Assembly (NCBI GenBank): GCA_002633005.1
Contig: NMRA01000663.1
Location: 100,388-164,387 of the forward strand
Length of the DNA: 64,000 nt
Direction of reading: 5' to 3'
From: Phoronis australis
Lineage: Eukaryota > Animalia > Phoronida
Shown piece by piece: positions 24,647 to 37,372 of this stretch (positions are counted from its first letter, which is position 1; each line of letters begins with the position of its first letter). The position numbers and the translations under genes are program-made. Under the pieces are notes generated by a model. The model saw nothing but the letters and a program-made list of their open reading frames with translations, was not told the origin of the DNA and made no database searches.

Positions 24647-25218
24647 AGATCTATTTTCCATGCTGGTTTTACATAACATACTCCTGAGACCACTATAATG
24701 TGATTTTCATCTTGTTCGCGCTGCTAAATATGGTAATTTTCACTTATTTGGCACACGATATGTGGCCGAAAAGTGGAATTCTATTTTTATTGTCAAATTT
24801 CTTCATAAAAGTAAAAATTAAGAAAAGAATCTATCCTTTAGTAGAATAGTTTGTACTGTTTAGATGACATAAAACGATATTTGGTGAAGTTTTCACTATT
24901 TTTAGCAAAGAAATCAGCCTTTGAAAATGGAAAATTACAATTTTGGCGATTAATTTTGTGGAGAATCATCGTATCACTGAGTTACAAGTCATAGTCCCAC
25001 GCAGTGCTCTTCCGTTGTTTTTTATATGTCTACCAGTGTCTAATCTCTGTACTCCAAAACTCGATTGAAAATTTGACCAATTGCATGTCGCCTAAGAATA
25101 AACTACAAATTTGTACTCTTATCATGCAATATGATTGGTTAAATTTTGGAGATTAGATCCTGGTCCCTCATTGCTTGTATAGTCTGCTGTTCAGTGTTAA
25201 GCAGTATTCATCTTTCCA

Positions 25219-25224
25219 AATAAA
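25219..25224 (+). terminator. Candidate LRRC6 polyadenylation signal
   Basis: AATAAA followed by a GT/T-rich tract; an alternative AATAAA lies at 25097. Confidence 0.35.
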
Positions 25225-25664
25225 ACATGTTATGGCACGTCTCCGGTTGAGTTTGTTATTGGATGAAACATTTTTTCATCTTTTTTCAGTAAGGTGAGTT
25301 GGCACTCAAAATTTTTCACAGTTCAGGGGAATATATGGAGATTAAGGATTGTTTCTGCGATTTTTTGCTACCACAGAATCATTCCATATTATATTTAGCA
25401 TCCTAAATAGTATTTTGTGAGATGGGAAAGAACACAAATTCAGCAAAGAAAAATGAGTAATTTCGAAATAAAAATTGTCAGTTATTCTTGAAACTGAAAC
25501 TGATGTGTAACGTGACAAAAACTTTGAAGATGTTCCGATAAATGTGTTCAGCTAGAGTGTACACCACATCAGTTCACGTGGCGTCTATTAACGGCATTGT
25601 CGTGATCCCATAACACCTGCAGTCATGCCTCAGTGTAGCACTTGACCACGATAACATTTGGCAG

Positions 25665-28626
25665 ACTTTTGTAATCTACATGTATCCTTTAAATCCAGGG
25701 AAACAATTTCTATAATTATGAAGGTTAATATCTCACCAATTTAGGACACTGTGCCCATCAAGTGAAATTTTACTGATCATTTCTTCCATGAAACATAGGT
25801 AGCATCAAAACTGAATGATTTTCCATGATCGAGTTTTCTTTCGCAACTGCCAATAAACAAGTTTTGAAAACTGGACATACAAAACAATGTTGGAACCCAT
25901 TGAAATTAAAAAAAGGGTTTTTAGCCAATACGGTTGTCCAAATTTGGTGAGATTTTGCCCTTTGGGTATCAGACTCAAAATCAAGAAATTTCCAATTCCA
26001 GAATCTGATCTAGAATCATGCTTGGTTAAACTTGGCAAACAAGCCTATTCTGTTGGTACACAATACTGTGGTTAACCTCCCCCCCCCCNCCCCCCCCACA
26101 AATGAATCAGGAGGTGAAAGCTAAGTCCGGCATCTAAAAGTCAACCATTTTTATTTCTTCAAAGTTTTTTCGGTGGTAGTATTTCATAACAAACATATCG
26201 GTTTCACCACATTTATTGACAGTGGTTTGCAAACAGTATTTTTAGTTGAGCATAGAATGGACAGTAATCATGCAGTATACTACTTTTATTTGTATTGATA
26301 GTATTAATAATAACTGATGACGATGGCAGTAAAAAGTTTAGCCACCAATACCAGGCTAGGAAAGTAGAAATATGAAATTATCATTCAGTGACAATATACA
26401 ATGCATATTTGAGATAAGCTAAACGAGTATTAAATTGATGAGGTCACCTGAGCCTCGGTTTCTGTTAACTACCTGTAACGGAATGGCGATTTCCAATAAA
26501 ATCGTAAAGGCACAGCGGATTTCGCTGTTTTAGAACTTTGATCAAAGAAGTTTTTACAAAAAAAGGCAAACCTTGGCTGAATTTAATGGAAGCAGACGCT
26601 TTTCTTTTGTAGTTGGTGATCGCAGGTGTCAAAGTGAGATTCGGCTAAATACCTGAAGCAAATTTGCTTTTTGGCCTATAATGGTGGTTCTCCTCACTCC
26701 ATTAAAATTTGTGGGTTTGAGATACATATATAAGTATCAACTGTAAGAGTCCTTTCATTTTAATTTCATTTTACATCATTTTATAACACTTCGTTATTTT
26801 AGTAGTCAGTTAATGGCCTCTTTGCATGTCATCAAAACTAAAACTGGTATTCATTTTTTCCTTACTCTGAGGGAGTGGTATTTGTCAGCTTCGAAAGAAC
26901 TGACTGACTGTTCGAGTCAGCGTGGTGTAAGTAGAATGGTCTGGCCCGCAGAGCGCCTTTTGACAAACTTATCTTAGCGGCCGGGTGAGACTGACCAGCC
27001 AGTTTGCCACGCCGGTCGATCATAGCAGTGGCGTAGCCATGCACGGTAGGGCACAAAGGGACCATGGTCCCACCTAATCACTTCAAAGAAGCTTTTCAGC
27101 TCGCGCATAACTTGCGTAACTTGAATATTCTTCAACAAACAAGNACTTTTGTAATCTACATGTATCCTTTAAATCCAGAGCAACAATTTCTTTACTTATG
27201 AAGGTTAATATCTCACCAATTTAGGACACAGTGTGCCCAACAAGTGAAATTTTACTGATCATTTCTTCCATGAAACATACCTAGCACCAAAACTGAATGA
27301 TTTTCCATGATCAAGTTTTCTTTCGCAACTGCCAATAAACAAGTTTTGAAAACTGGACATTCACAACAATGTTGGAACCCATTGAAACTGAAAAAAGGCT
27401 TTTAGCCAATACTGTTGTCCACATTTGATGAGATTTTACCCTTTGGGTATCATTTCGCTAGACTCAAAACCAAAAAATTTCTAATTCCAGGATCTGATCT
27501 AGAATCACGCTTGGTTAAACTAGGCAAACTAGCCTATTCTGTTGGTACACAATACTGTGGTTAACCTCCCCCCCCCCACCACAAATGAAAAATGAGGTGA
27601 AAGCTAAGTCCGACTTCTGAAAGTCAACCATTTTTATTTCTTCAAAGTTTTTTCGGTGGTAGTATTTCATAACAAACATATCGTTTTCACCACATTTATT
27701 GACAGTGGTTTGCAAACAGTATTTTTAGTTGAGCATAGAATGGACAGTAATCATGCAGTATACTACTTTTATTTGTATTGATTGTATTAATAATAACTGA
27801 TGACGATGGCAGTAAAAAGTTTAGCCACCAATACCAGGCTAGGAAAGTAGAAATATGAAATTATCATTCAGTGACAATATACAATGCATATTTGAGATAA
27901 ACTAAACGAGTATTAAATTGATGAGGTCACCTGAGCCTCGGTTTCTGTTAACTACCTGTAACGGAATGGCGATTTCCAATAAAATCGTGAAGGCACAGCG
28001 GATTTCGCTGTTTTAGAACTTTGATCAAAGAAGTTTTTACAAAAAAAGGCAAACCTTGGCTGAATTTAATGGAAGCAGACGCTTTTCTTTTGTAGTTGGT
28101 GATCGCAGGTGTCAAAGTGAGATTCGGCTAAATACCTGAAGCAAATTTGCTTTTTGGCCTATAATGGTGGTTCTCCTCACTCCATTAAAATTTGTGGGTT
28201 TGAGATACATATATAAGTATCAACTGTAAGAGTCCTTTCATTTTAATTTCATTTTACATCATTTTATAACACTTCGTTATTTTAGTAGTCAGTTAATGGC
28301 CTCTTTGCATGTCATCAAAACTAAAACTGGTATTCATTTTTTCCTTACTCTGAGGGAGTGGTATTTGTCAGCTTCGAAAGAACTGACTGACTGTTCGAGT
28401 CAGCGTGGTGTAAGTAGAATGGTCTGGCCCGCAGAGCGCCTTTTGACAAACTTATCTTAGCGGCCGGGTGAGACTGACCAGCCAGTTTGCCACGCCGGTC
28501 GATCATAGCAGTGGCGTAGCCATGCACGGTAGGGCACAAAGGGACCATGGTCCCACCTAATCACTTCAAAGAAGCTTTTCAGCTCGCGCATAACTTGCGT
28601 AACTTGAATATTCTTCAACAAACAAG
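25665..28626. repeat. ~1.48-kb tandem duplication (25665-27143 / 27145-28626) joined by a single N
   Basis: Identical ORF translations at 26862-27065 and 28345-28548; junction N at 27144. Confidence 0.92.
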
Positions 28627-28835
28627 TATTTCTCAGAGGGCACAAGTGAGCGCCAGAGTCCGCGGATAAAGCTGCGGATTTTGATCGTCTCAATGAACGA
28701 GTAAAGTAAGGTCTTCACATCAGTCTCCATAAGCTTTTTAATCTTTTTTTCATGCAGTTTGGGAAGAGATTTCGCTTGCGCAGTAAGATTGAACGACAAT
28801 CAGGCCCCGATATTTCGAAGACAAAGTATGTAACT

Positions 28836-29542
28836 CAGTGGCGGATCTTGGATATCACAAGGGGGCCCAACATTTTGTCTGTAAACATTTGCTCAAAGCA
28901 CGATTGTAGATGCGCATAGCACCGAATGGGGGGGAGGTCGGGAGAGGGGCCAAACCCCCCTCTTGCCCGCCCAGAAAATTTTTCTGTTATTTCCTTTAAA
29001 AATCAAGCATTTCCCTTGATTCCCGAAGTATTATCCAAGAAAAAAGGCAAAAAAATCGGAGAAAGTGTCAAACAGGAAAAACTGCAAGCGCCACAGACTC
29101 AAACTCACGACCTGGCGGATAGAGCGCGCGTGCTTTACCACTGCACCACCACGATTTAACTCATACTTTGATACTAAGAGACCTATTTGTTTATGGTCCA
29201 CAGCGTTTGCGCGCGAAACCTTCTTTTTGTAATGCTTATTGCATGTTTTATATTTTGTGCAATCAGTTCGTAACAAATTTGTATTTAAAACAGACGGTAA
29301 TTGTTTACAATATGACAACATTGACCAACACACATGATTTTGGTATCGTTCGATTCCTCGCAACGTTATCTTTCCAAAAATGTATGAATGTTTCCCCTAC
29401 CGCGTGTGCTCCGTATTTATCCTCGAATTTTGGTTCGCACTATTTCCCGGTTGACACCTGTGCACATACAATCGCGCTTTGCCCAATTCCCCGAGGCAAC
29501 ATGTTGCCCCCCTCCCCTTATGGTATCCTAGATCCGCCACTG
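28836..29542. mobile_element. hAT-like MITE (CAGTGGCGGATCT...AGATCCGCCACTG) nested in an older element 28509-29655
   Basis: Perfect 13-bp TIRs, with TGTAAC near both flanks. The outer element has termini cagtggcgtagcc / ggctgcgccaccg. Confidence 0.75.
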
Positions 29543-30507
29543 TGTAACAAACTTAAAATAATTATAAATTAATTAGAGTGTGAAAAATTCAAAGAGGGAA
29601 ATAACCGGTTCCCAAATTTGTCCCCCACCAATTGAAAAGTTCGGCTGCGCCACCGAATATAGGCTGCGTTCTTTGTGATATGTCCACTAGTTTCTGCCAT
29701 CAAGATGAAACGATCCAGTCTTTGCTGGGTTGACCAACCCTGTCAAATGTCTCTTTATGGAACTTGAATTATTTTCTATCGTCGTGTGAAAATGCCAGTC
29801 TTTCTGAATGCCATATTACCGTATAGGTGGCGCTGTGATACAAATTAATGAAAAGGTTTAAGATTATTTTTGCAAGTTTGCGTCAGCTCGTGGTCTGGAG
29901 CATTATTGAAAGAGAAAGTTTCAAAGGATGGATGGTTTATGAAATAGCGCCTGCTTTTACTTTACATGTCTTAATACGACATTGTTATTCATGACATATC
30001 GTCGTGGTGCTAATTGCTTCGGGCTGTACAGACTGTTGTTTCCATGGTGTCCAAAGTTTCGCGCCGAGGTGCTAGCATGAGGCAATATACTATATTACGT
30101 AATAGACATTTTAATTAAGGAGCATGTGTCCTCTTTGATTACACCGACCATTAAATCTCAGGTATCGATTAATCAATAAAAGTACTCTGGCGCTGACTCA
30201 TCACGGCACCTGTGTGAAAAGGCTAATATACTACTTGCGGTTTTCCGGATATTAATAAATTGTGTTGATATTAAATAAATCAAAGGGTTGAACAAAGCAA
30301 ACCTATAGGAAAGTAAAAATTATAATGAGCCCAAAGAAAACTGGTCAGGTCACTCGGCCACAGTCGAAATTCCAAATGCGCCTAGTAAACGCGCGTTCGT
30401 TATAACTTTGGGAGAAAATATTTACTGGTAACCCTGTAAAATATCGAACCCTTGCAGCGTTGTAATGACCAGTCAAATTCGTGAAACCCACACCTGTGCC
30501 ATGATAC

Positions 30508-30653
30508 CAGGGGCAGATCCAGGAATTTGAGTTGGAGGGGCAGGGCAAAGTATTAGCCAGGAATTTGCCTGTCAGACATTCGCAACCCCGAACTGCCAAA
30601 TGGAATCTTAGAAAATTTTAGGGGGAGCATGGCCCCCTCTAAATCCGCCACTG
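30508..30653. mobile_element. Short hAT-like MITE, same family as 16943
   Basis: caggggcagatccagg...aaatccgccactg; internal sequence aligns with 16943-17103. Confidence 0.75.
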
Positions 30654-31212
30654 AATAGTCCATGCATTTTTCAACAATCCGCTGCTTTTATCTACATTCT
30701 TAGTTCATCAATTTGTATGTCGAGATATGATATCAAAAATTGAGACTAAACTAAACTAGTTTCAAAAACCAAAAAGACTGTTTAAAAATCGTGACAGCGT
30801 ATTTGAAATTACCTCTTCAAAACCCAAGATCTTTGCCAGCTATCACGTCCTTTGCCATAGGTCCCTACTTCCCAGGGAAGTTATACTGTAGACAAAGATC
30901 AGACTTTCTACAAATCAGACATTCAATATAAAAACATGCGCAATCTTATCATTAATAGCTTTTTCTATTTTGTAACTGCTTTTTATTGCCGCCGCTAGGT
31001 GGTTCTGTCTTGTACGCAAGGTTGTGTAAAATCTGATTTTTGGTCTCAGCCGTTGGATGCATAAGGCTCAAGCATACGAGTCAGACCTACTGTAGGAATC
31101 AGTACAGGTTCCTAGGACAGACAGATCCCAAACAACACATAACGCGATCGCAAAATACCAAAAACACTATTCCCCATACATGACAACGTAAGTTTCAAAG
31201 TAACGTTAAACT

Positions 31213-31218
31213 TTTATT
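31213..31218 (-). terminator. Candidate polyadenylation signal for the Kelch gene (~2.9-kb 3'UTR)
   Basis: AATAAA on the minus strand at the distal end of a U/GU-rich minus-strand tract that follows the stop codon; not unique, inferred. Confidence 0.35.
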
Positions 31219-33330
31219 CCACAAGCAAATATAAACTTCCATCAGGCACAAGCGTGACAATTAAAGAACGATCCCGAGTTCAAGGTTTATGCGCCATCGC
31301 ACCGAATAAAGCCCTGTGACTCGAGAACCCTCAAGTCACAGCAATGACGTCACAAGGCATTGCACAGACGTGTTACGCTAATGAAAAGGAAACACAACGC
31401 AACAACAGAAATATTATGCATAATGTTCGACTCTGGGGTTCGACTGTATGCTCGATCATGCACGCAGGTCGAATGTTGCATTTAACATTCACCAAAATGT
31501 CAACTAGGACATTATCCAAAACTCTAAACTAATTCCTGTAACTATCACCGATTGACACTGGTGCGAAATATACATTAGTAGCAGATTAGCTGAACAGCTT
31601 ATGAGGTTTGAAATGAGACTTCGATTTTATAACTATTGCATTACGATAATCGCATTACCCACACAGTATCACGCAAAGCATGTCAAACAAGGCAAATCCA
31701 GAACGCCATCCAAACACAAAAAAAATGTATTCAACACCAATTCTCAACAAAATCGCTTAAAACGAAGATAGTGACAAAGCATTCGTTGAATTATTTCCAG
31801 TCAAGCTCGCTGTCTCAACAAGGCCTCCCATATACATGGCAATTTCTTAAAATAACACACGTACGCATAACACGATGAATAAAATATCAAACCATTTTTC
31901 GAATTATCTACAGTCAGATAAGAAGATGTAAGACCAAAGATTATGAGAAAAGGCGTAAAAAACATTTTTATAACAAATCTCACGATCCTCGCTACAGCTG
32001 ACCTTAAACACGATAATCAGGTTTCTGGGTAACACGGTTATCACAAATCTTAGGAAGAAGGCACTTCAAAGCCGAGTAACCAACTGACACAAATCTTAAA
32101 CTGGCCATTACGGTTAACGAGAACGCATTTTTCCTTCCATCGGGGAGGTTAGCATATTTTGATTTTTGATTTATTATTCGCTACCTGGCGACTGTTTTGA
32201 CGCAAAGTCGCACTCTGAAGCCTCATATTCATGCGAAGATTCTAACTAAATGTATTCCAGACGGAGACATGTATATCTCTAATTTCGTTTGTAACGAGAC
32301 TACTTTGACAGTGAAAACGATTCTATAATTAACATTCAATAAATCTGTCTACGGACCTCGAGTCGTGTACTCTATTCTTACGTGTGAAAAAATGGTGAAG
32401 TCCTTCAGGTACGTCTCTCCAACTACATACTGTCTGGGAGCAGGCACGCACACAAGATCTCCCTACGATAAAATCTTAATAATAAAATACGGAGTCCAAC
32501 ATTCCCAAAACATCTGGACTGGACAACAGACTAAACGCGATGTCCAACCTAAAAAAAACTCACATGAGAAGGGACAGGGGCTCCTAACGCCTAGCGACCA
32601 GCTAAGATCTCAATAATAAATATGATATCCAACACTCACAAAACAAGAAAAACTCTAAACACCGGCACTGGACAACTGAGTGAATGCGATGTCCAATCCG
32701 AAAAACTGCCGTGAGAAGGAACGGGAGTTCCTAACGCCTTGTGACCAGTTGCCAGTTTTACAAAATTCCGAGTTACCTCCCTTTCAGTGGAACACCCACT
32801 ATCAACAATTCACGACTATGCACAGCTTATGCAAACTTTAAGTTGGGCAGTTTTGTGAACCCCATACTTTTTTACCCCCAGACTGTTACTCTAATCAGGT
32901 TCAGTTTCTTGTTTTCCTATCAAAACCGTGTTCGTGTCGCCAGACTGCAAGCGCATGATGTTGCAGGAATCTTACGTTTATGGTGATAAACTAAGACCAA
33001 CTCAAACCAATCAAAGTAGACGCTTTACAATACAATCACCTCTAGTAATTTACATCCAAACAAGAACTCCCCGTTTGCACGAAAGCCCAATATCACTATG
33101 ACGTTTTCAAAGTAAGATTCATGTATCCAAGAAAAATTCCAAGCTTTTTACACAGGAGTTCCACAACTATAGTCTTCACTGTGAGAGTACATAATCAACA
33201 TAGACCATTCTAACTTAGGGCCCACTAAGGGAAGTTTGTGGCGGTAACACTAGGGGGGTACTCAATCCAGTTACAGATTTGAAGCATAGTTAAGAGGGCA
33301 CCAACGGGGAGGAGGAGATAACCAGCCTTC

Positions 33331-33471
33331 CGTTCAGTAACGCTAGGACCTAGCTTAAAAGCAAGACTTTGCGAGATTACGCGAGATATTGCCGTGTATT
33401 TCAAATAAGAGCACGTGACCTTGACTAGCTTTTGGCTAGGTCCTAGCGTAGGTCCTAGCGTCTACTGAACG
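33331..33471. mobile_element. Small MITE-like inverted repeat in the Kelch 3' region
   Basis: cgttcagta(g)acgctaggaccta arms inverted; internal 12-bp duplication taggtcctagcg. Confidence 0.6.
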
Positions 33472-34138
33472 CACGCCCGGTGTGGGAATAGGGGAGTGAC
33501 ATCATTATGTTCCCACCCAGGAGGCAACAACTCTAGATATGCCACTAAGTCTGTATTATAGTAGGGTTCTTCTTCAACCAATCCACTGTGTGAGAGAAAG
33601 CACTTCCAAGCACAACACAAGGAATCTGACGATGTCATAAAAGCCTGGTCTTTGGAAGTAGGTTTGGCACCTTTGGAAATTTGCATAACCCAACCACAAC
33701 ACACGGTTTTTGTTGACATGTAACAGACTTTACAAATGCTAATCTTTCTTTCTACAGTTTCACACGCCCTCAAAAGAGTTTCAAGATAAATGTTTCACTG
33801 ACATAGAATAGAACTAAATCAGGTGGAATAGCACACTTGATCATTCAATATCAACCATACCCCAAAAGAATCGAATTATTAACATCTTAAAATTCGACAA
33901 GCCACAACAAAAATAACAATTTGCATGTAGATAACAGTCAGCCTCTGACTTTCTGTACTATTCAAAGGGCAGGTTCGTGGCCAGACACAGACAGACAGTA
34001 GACAGACACAGGGGGTAACAATACATAAGCGGACAAGCACAAATGATCAACCAACCCTCCCCCCAAACCCCCTCTTCATCTCTGGTGTGTGAGGCTATAC
34101 TTTGAAAAATAAAAAAGTCAACTCCAGCACCAAGTGTA

Positions 34139-35944
34139 TTACATCTGGATTGCCACACAGCCGTGACATGCTCTGGCCAGCGGTAGTGACTTGACAATTG
34201 TCCAGCTGCTGGCCGCCGGGTCATAGCACTCGACAACACGGCATGGCTTTGAGTCGATACTGCCACCTGTCACGTAAATTTTATTCAGTACGACGGTGAC
34301 GCCGCAATGTAGACGAGCATACTTCATTTCCGGCAAGAGGCAAAATGTCCGCTTGTCCGGATTCAGTGAGATCAACTTCTTACTGTCCTCCCACAGTATG
34401 TAGAATAAGCCGTTCAAGACAACAATCTGACCGAACTGTAAGAAGTCAGGAAGGACAAACTGCTCGCCTGAATATGTGACACCAGACTCTGTGCAATGGT
34501 AACTCTCCATGGTCTTGACACGCGCATCGCCTTGTGTCCCACCCACCTCCAATAAAGTTTGATGATACGGCACTAAGTACGACAGCGTACGGGGAAACGG
34601 TGACTGCCCCACCACAGTCCATTCACCAGTCGCTGGGTCGTAACACTCAATCTCCTCTACAGACACGATTGTGCCATCAAGGCGCACTCCGCCCACCACA
34701 TAGAGTTTATTGTCAAGCACTGCTGAGCAGTGTCGAGCCCGAGGTCTCAGAAGTGGTTTTGACTTCTTCCACACTCGTTTCGTTGAGTTGAAGACGCAGA
34801 CATCACCCACAATGCAACTGTCAACGATGCCACCCGTGACAAAGATACAATTGTTGATGGCGGACACACCAAACCATGAGACACTCGTTGGCATATCTGG
34901 AAGCGCTGACCACTTGTCCTTCAGTGGTTCATACATCTCCACGGACTGCAGAACATAAGAATTGATACCACCTATCAACACCATCACCTCCTTAGCAACG
35001 GTTGACGGGCGCGGTTGATTCTGAGGTGTTTGCATACTCCGTCGTCGTTTACCAAGTTGGTCAGCAGCCAGTTTCGTCTCGTGGTATTTCTTAGCATCCT
35101 CTACCAGCGAGCGGCAACTCTCGTCTGCCATGACGAGCTGATCATTCTCTACCACGTCCTCAAGGTACCCCAAGTCCACCGTGGCTAACCGCACATGTTC
35201 TAAAACAGAGTACAAGTACTTCTGGCGCTCCTCTAAGTTGTGATGAATCCACTTGCTTGCTGCATGATACACTGTCTCCTCATTCCTGACATCGATTAAA
35301 TCACTAGAAATATAAAATATTATGCGGTCCAGCGTTAAATCCAAAAACTCCTCACAGTCGATGACACTACTGAAATTATCCAAAGCAAATTTGTGAGCAC
35401 TCTCCTCCAGCTTAAAGCAAGCGTGATGGTGGGCAAAGTTTTCTATGCCGAGGCAGTTGGAAGCATGCAAGTGGCGCTGCACAAAGGCACAGCAAGATTC
35501 GACAATCTCCTGGTAGCCAAATAAATTACCAATCGCCAACAGTTCTTGCGCGTTGTCCACAGTGATCTCTATGCTGCCGGTGTACGCATAATCGATGATG
35601 CGTTTCAGTAACCATGGCGACACGTCATTAAAGACAATGCGGTCTTCACGACTTTCTTTGAGATCACACGAGAACATGGCTGCGAAATAGTGGCTGCTGG
35701 CGGCTAGAACGTTCTTGTGACAACGCAGCTCCTCCTGACCAATGCACAGCACGACGTCAGTGAATCCGCCACCATCTGCAGTTCGCATCTGATTCAACGT
35801 CCTTAAGAGATCATTGCCATAGTTGGGTCGCTGTAACATAAAAGAGTTCTCAATGCTAGGCTCGCTACCACGTCGTTCCGCCATGTCCAGGCCTGAGAAC
35901 GCCACCAGTAGGTGATCACCTTCATTGGCAGGTTCAGAGGGCAT
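34139..35944 (-). CDS. Kelch-like (KLHL family) BTB-BACK-Kelch protein, 601 aa, single coding exon; probable Cul3 adaptor
   Basis: Uninterrupted ORF with BTB (FTDVVLCIGQEELRCHKNVLAASSHYFAAMFS), BACK (ASNCLGI...EEFLDL...NEETVYHAASKWI) and kelch repeats (LIGG..VEMYEP..KW, LYVVGG..IECYDP..EW, IYVTGG..VECYDP..SW). A splice acceptor tttcatttcag ends at 36022, just 5' of the ATG. Confidence 0.95.
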   Translation of the reverse strand: MPSEPANEGDHLLVAFSGLDMAERRGSEPSIENSFMLQRPNYGNDLLRTLNQMRTADGGGFTDVVLCIGQEELRCHKNVLAASSHYFAAMFSCDLKESREDRIVFNDVSPWLLKRIIDYAYTGSIEITVDNAQELLAIGNLFGYQEIVESCCAFVQRHLHASNCLGIENFAHHHACFKLEESAHKFALDNFSSVIDCEEFLDLTLDRIIFYISSDLIDVRNEETVYHAASKWIHHNLEERQKYLYSVLEHVRLATVDLGYLEDVVENDQLVMADESCRSLVEDAKKYHETKLAADQLGKRRRSMQTPQNQPRPSTVAKEVMVLIGGINSYVLQSVEMYEPLKDKWSALPDMPTSVSWFGVSAINNCIFVTGGIVDSCIVGDVCVFNSTKRVWKKSKPLLRPRARHCSAVLDNKLYVVGGVRLDGTIVSVEEIECYDPATGEWTVVGQSPFPRTLSYLVPYHQTLLEVGGTQGDARVKTMESYHCTESGVTYSGEQFVLPDFLQFGQIVVLNGLFYILWEDSKKLISLNPDKRTFCLLPEMKYARLHCGVTVVLNKIYVTGGSIDSKPCRVVECYDPAASSWTIVKSLPLARACHGCVAIQM

Positions 35945-37143
35945 AGGGTAACATCTGAGCTAGGTCAAAGGTGAAAGGTCACACCGTTCTCTTTCTCTTT
36001 CCCTTTAAGGTGCGAACTGACCTGAAATGAAAGTGGTCTGTAACTATATCATTTATGCAGTGCCCTCTTTACCACAGGGCCCACTTGGGCACTTGCCCGG
36101 GTGTGCCACGACTCCAGGGGCCCCATGCAAATCTTTGTCAAAGTAAAAAAAGTCAAATGATAAAAATCTTACAGAATTAGTGCAAGAGTGAAAGTAAAGT
36201 ATGTCCCCTTGTAAAATATGTCCTACCTGCATGAATGGTCATCTTGGTAATACACTTAATAACAAGCTTGTATGCTAGCATTCAAATTTATGCAAGTACG
36301 ATATAATATACAGGGAGCATTCTCAACCATCACACCGGATTTACTAATGGGCAAACTAGCTGAAAGAAGATGCATACCCAAACAAAACAAAGGTCCACAC
36401 CTTGAACTCATGAGATCCCACAAAACTTTGTAATTGTGTTTAAAAAACTCATGGCGTTATTTGTACTTTAAAAGCTTTGTCCTTCAAAAACAGAAAAATT
36501 GAATAATCAGAGGCACTAAATGTGAATGTGATATTGTCTTCCTACAAATACCTTTCCATAGATTTACGGTATTTGCAGTAGTGGTATGGAAGGTGGACCG
36601 AGTGCCGAGTGGGCCCACTGGCCCGCGGTGCAAAGGCATTTTTCAGGGGGTGCCAAAACACTTTCTGGGGTGCCATGTAGCAATTGGGTGCGCAAAAAAT
36701 CCGTTCATGCATGATGCAGATTTTTAGGGAGAAAAAGGCACATTCCTTCACACCATCCCGCAGCTGATATACACTACACCGCTACTGTTTGAGATTCTCC
36801 TGACTAAATGTTTTACAATGACGCATCCAACATTTTGTTTAAAGTTGGTTTGAACACTTGAATGTTTTGAAAGAAGCGCTGTTTTGTGGCAAGTAAAACC
36901 AATGAATGAAAATCCAGTAGATGTTAATGATAACTTTTTCGACATAGAAAATTTTTGGTTACACGCTTACGTGTATGGAAAATGAAGTTCTGGACTTTGA
37001 TTCTATCGTTCAGCAATTCTCTGAAAAGAAAGTTCGCAAATGCTTGCGTTGAATTCTTAAAGTCATATAAGGCCCCACACCAGAGAGTCAAAGGAAGACA
37101 AAATAAGAATCAAGTCGTTTAGTAATCCAAAACTAGTATTTAT

Positions 37144-37372
37144 GGGACCTGTTCCAAGAAACTGACTTAAGATCATGTTTTACTTAAGTCTAAGATTAGT
37201 CTCAACCTCCAAACATCGAAATTTCCACATCCAGTAAGCTAGTAGTCAAAATTAAGACAAAACTTAAGTAAAACTTAAGAGCTCTTTCTTGAAACGGAAG
37301 TTTTACAGTATCTTAAAACTGACTGAAATTTAAGATTTGTTATAGCTAAGTCAGTTTTCTCAGAAGGGATCC
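37144..37372. mobile_element. Degenerate Harbinger-like MITE
   Basis: gggacctgttccaagaaactgactta versus taagtcagttttctcagaagggatcc, imperfect TIRs; TSD not clear. Confidence 0.45.

Noticed and set aside
26862-28799. Duplicated 67-aa ORF and neighbouring ORFs as a duplicated small gene
   Set aside because: They straddle a MITE terminus within the probable assembly duplication, with no recognisable domain or splice structure.
34534-34958. Plus-strand ORFs overlapping the Kelch CDS
   Set aside because: Antisense shadows of a real coding sequence.
34139-35944. Kelch gene as a RAG2-like partner of the CAC/5-bp-TSD transposon
   Set aside because: It has BTB-BACK domains typical of KLHL proteins, no PHD finger, and lies 13 kb outside the element's TIRs.
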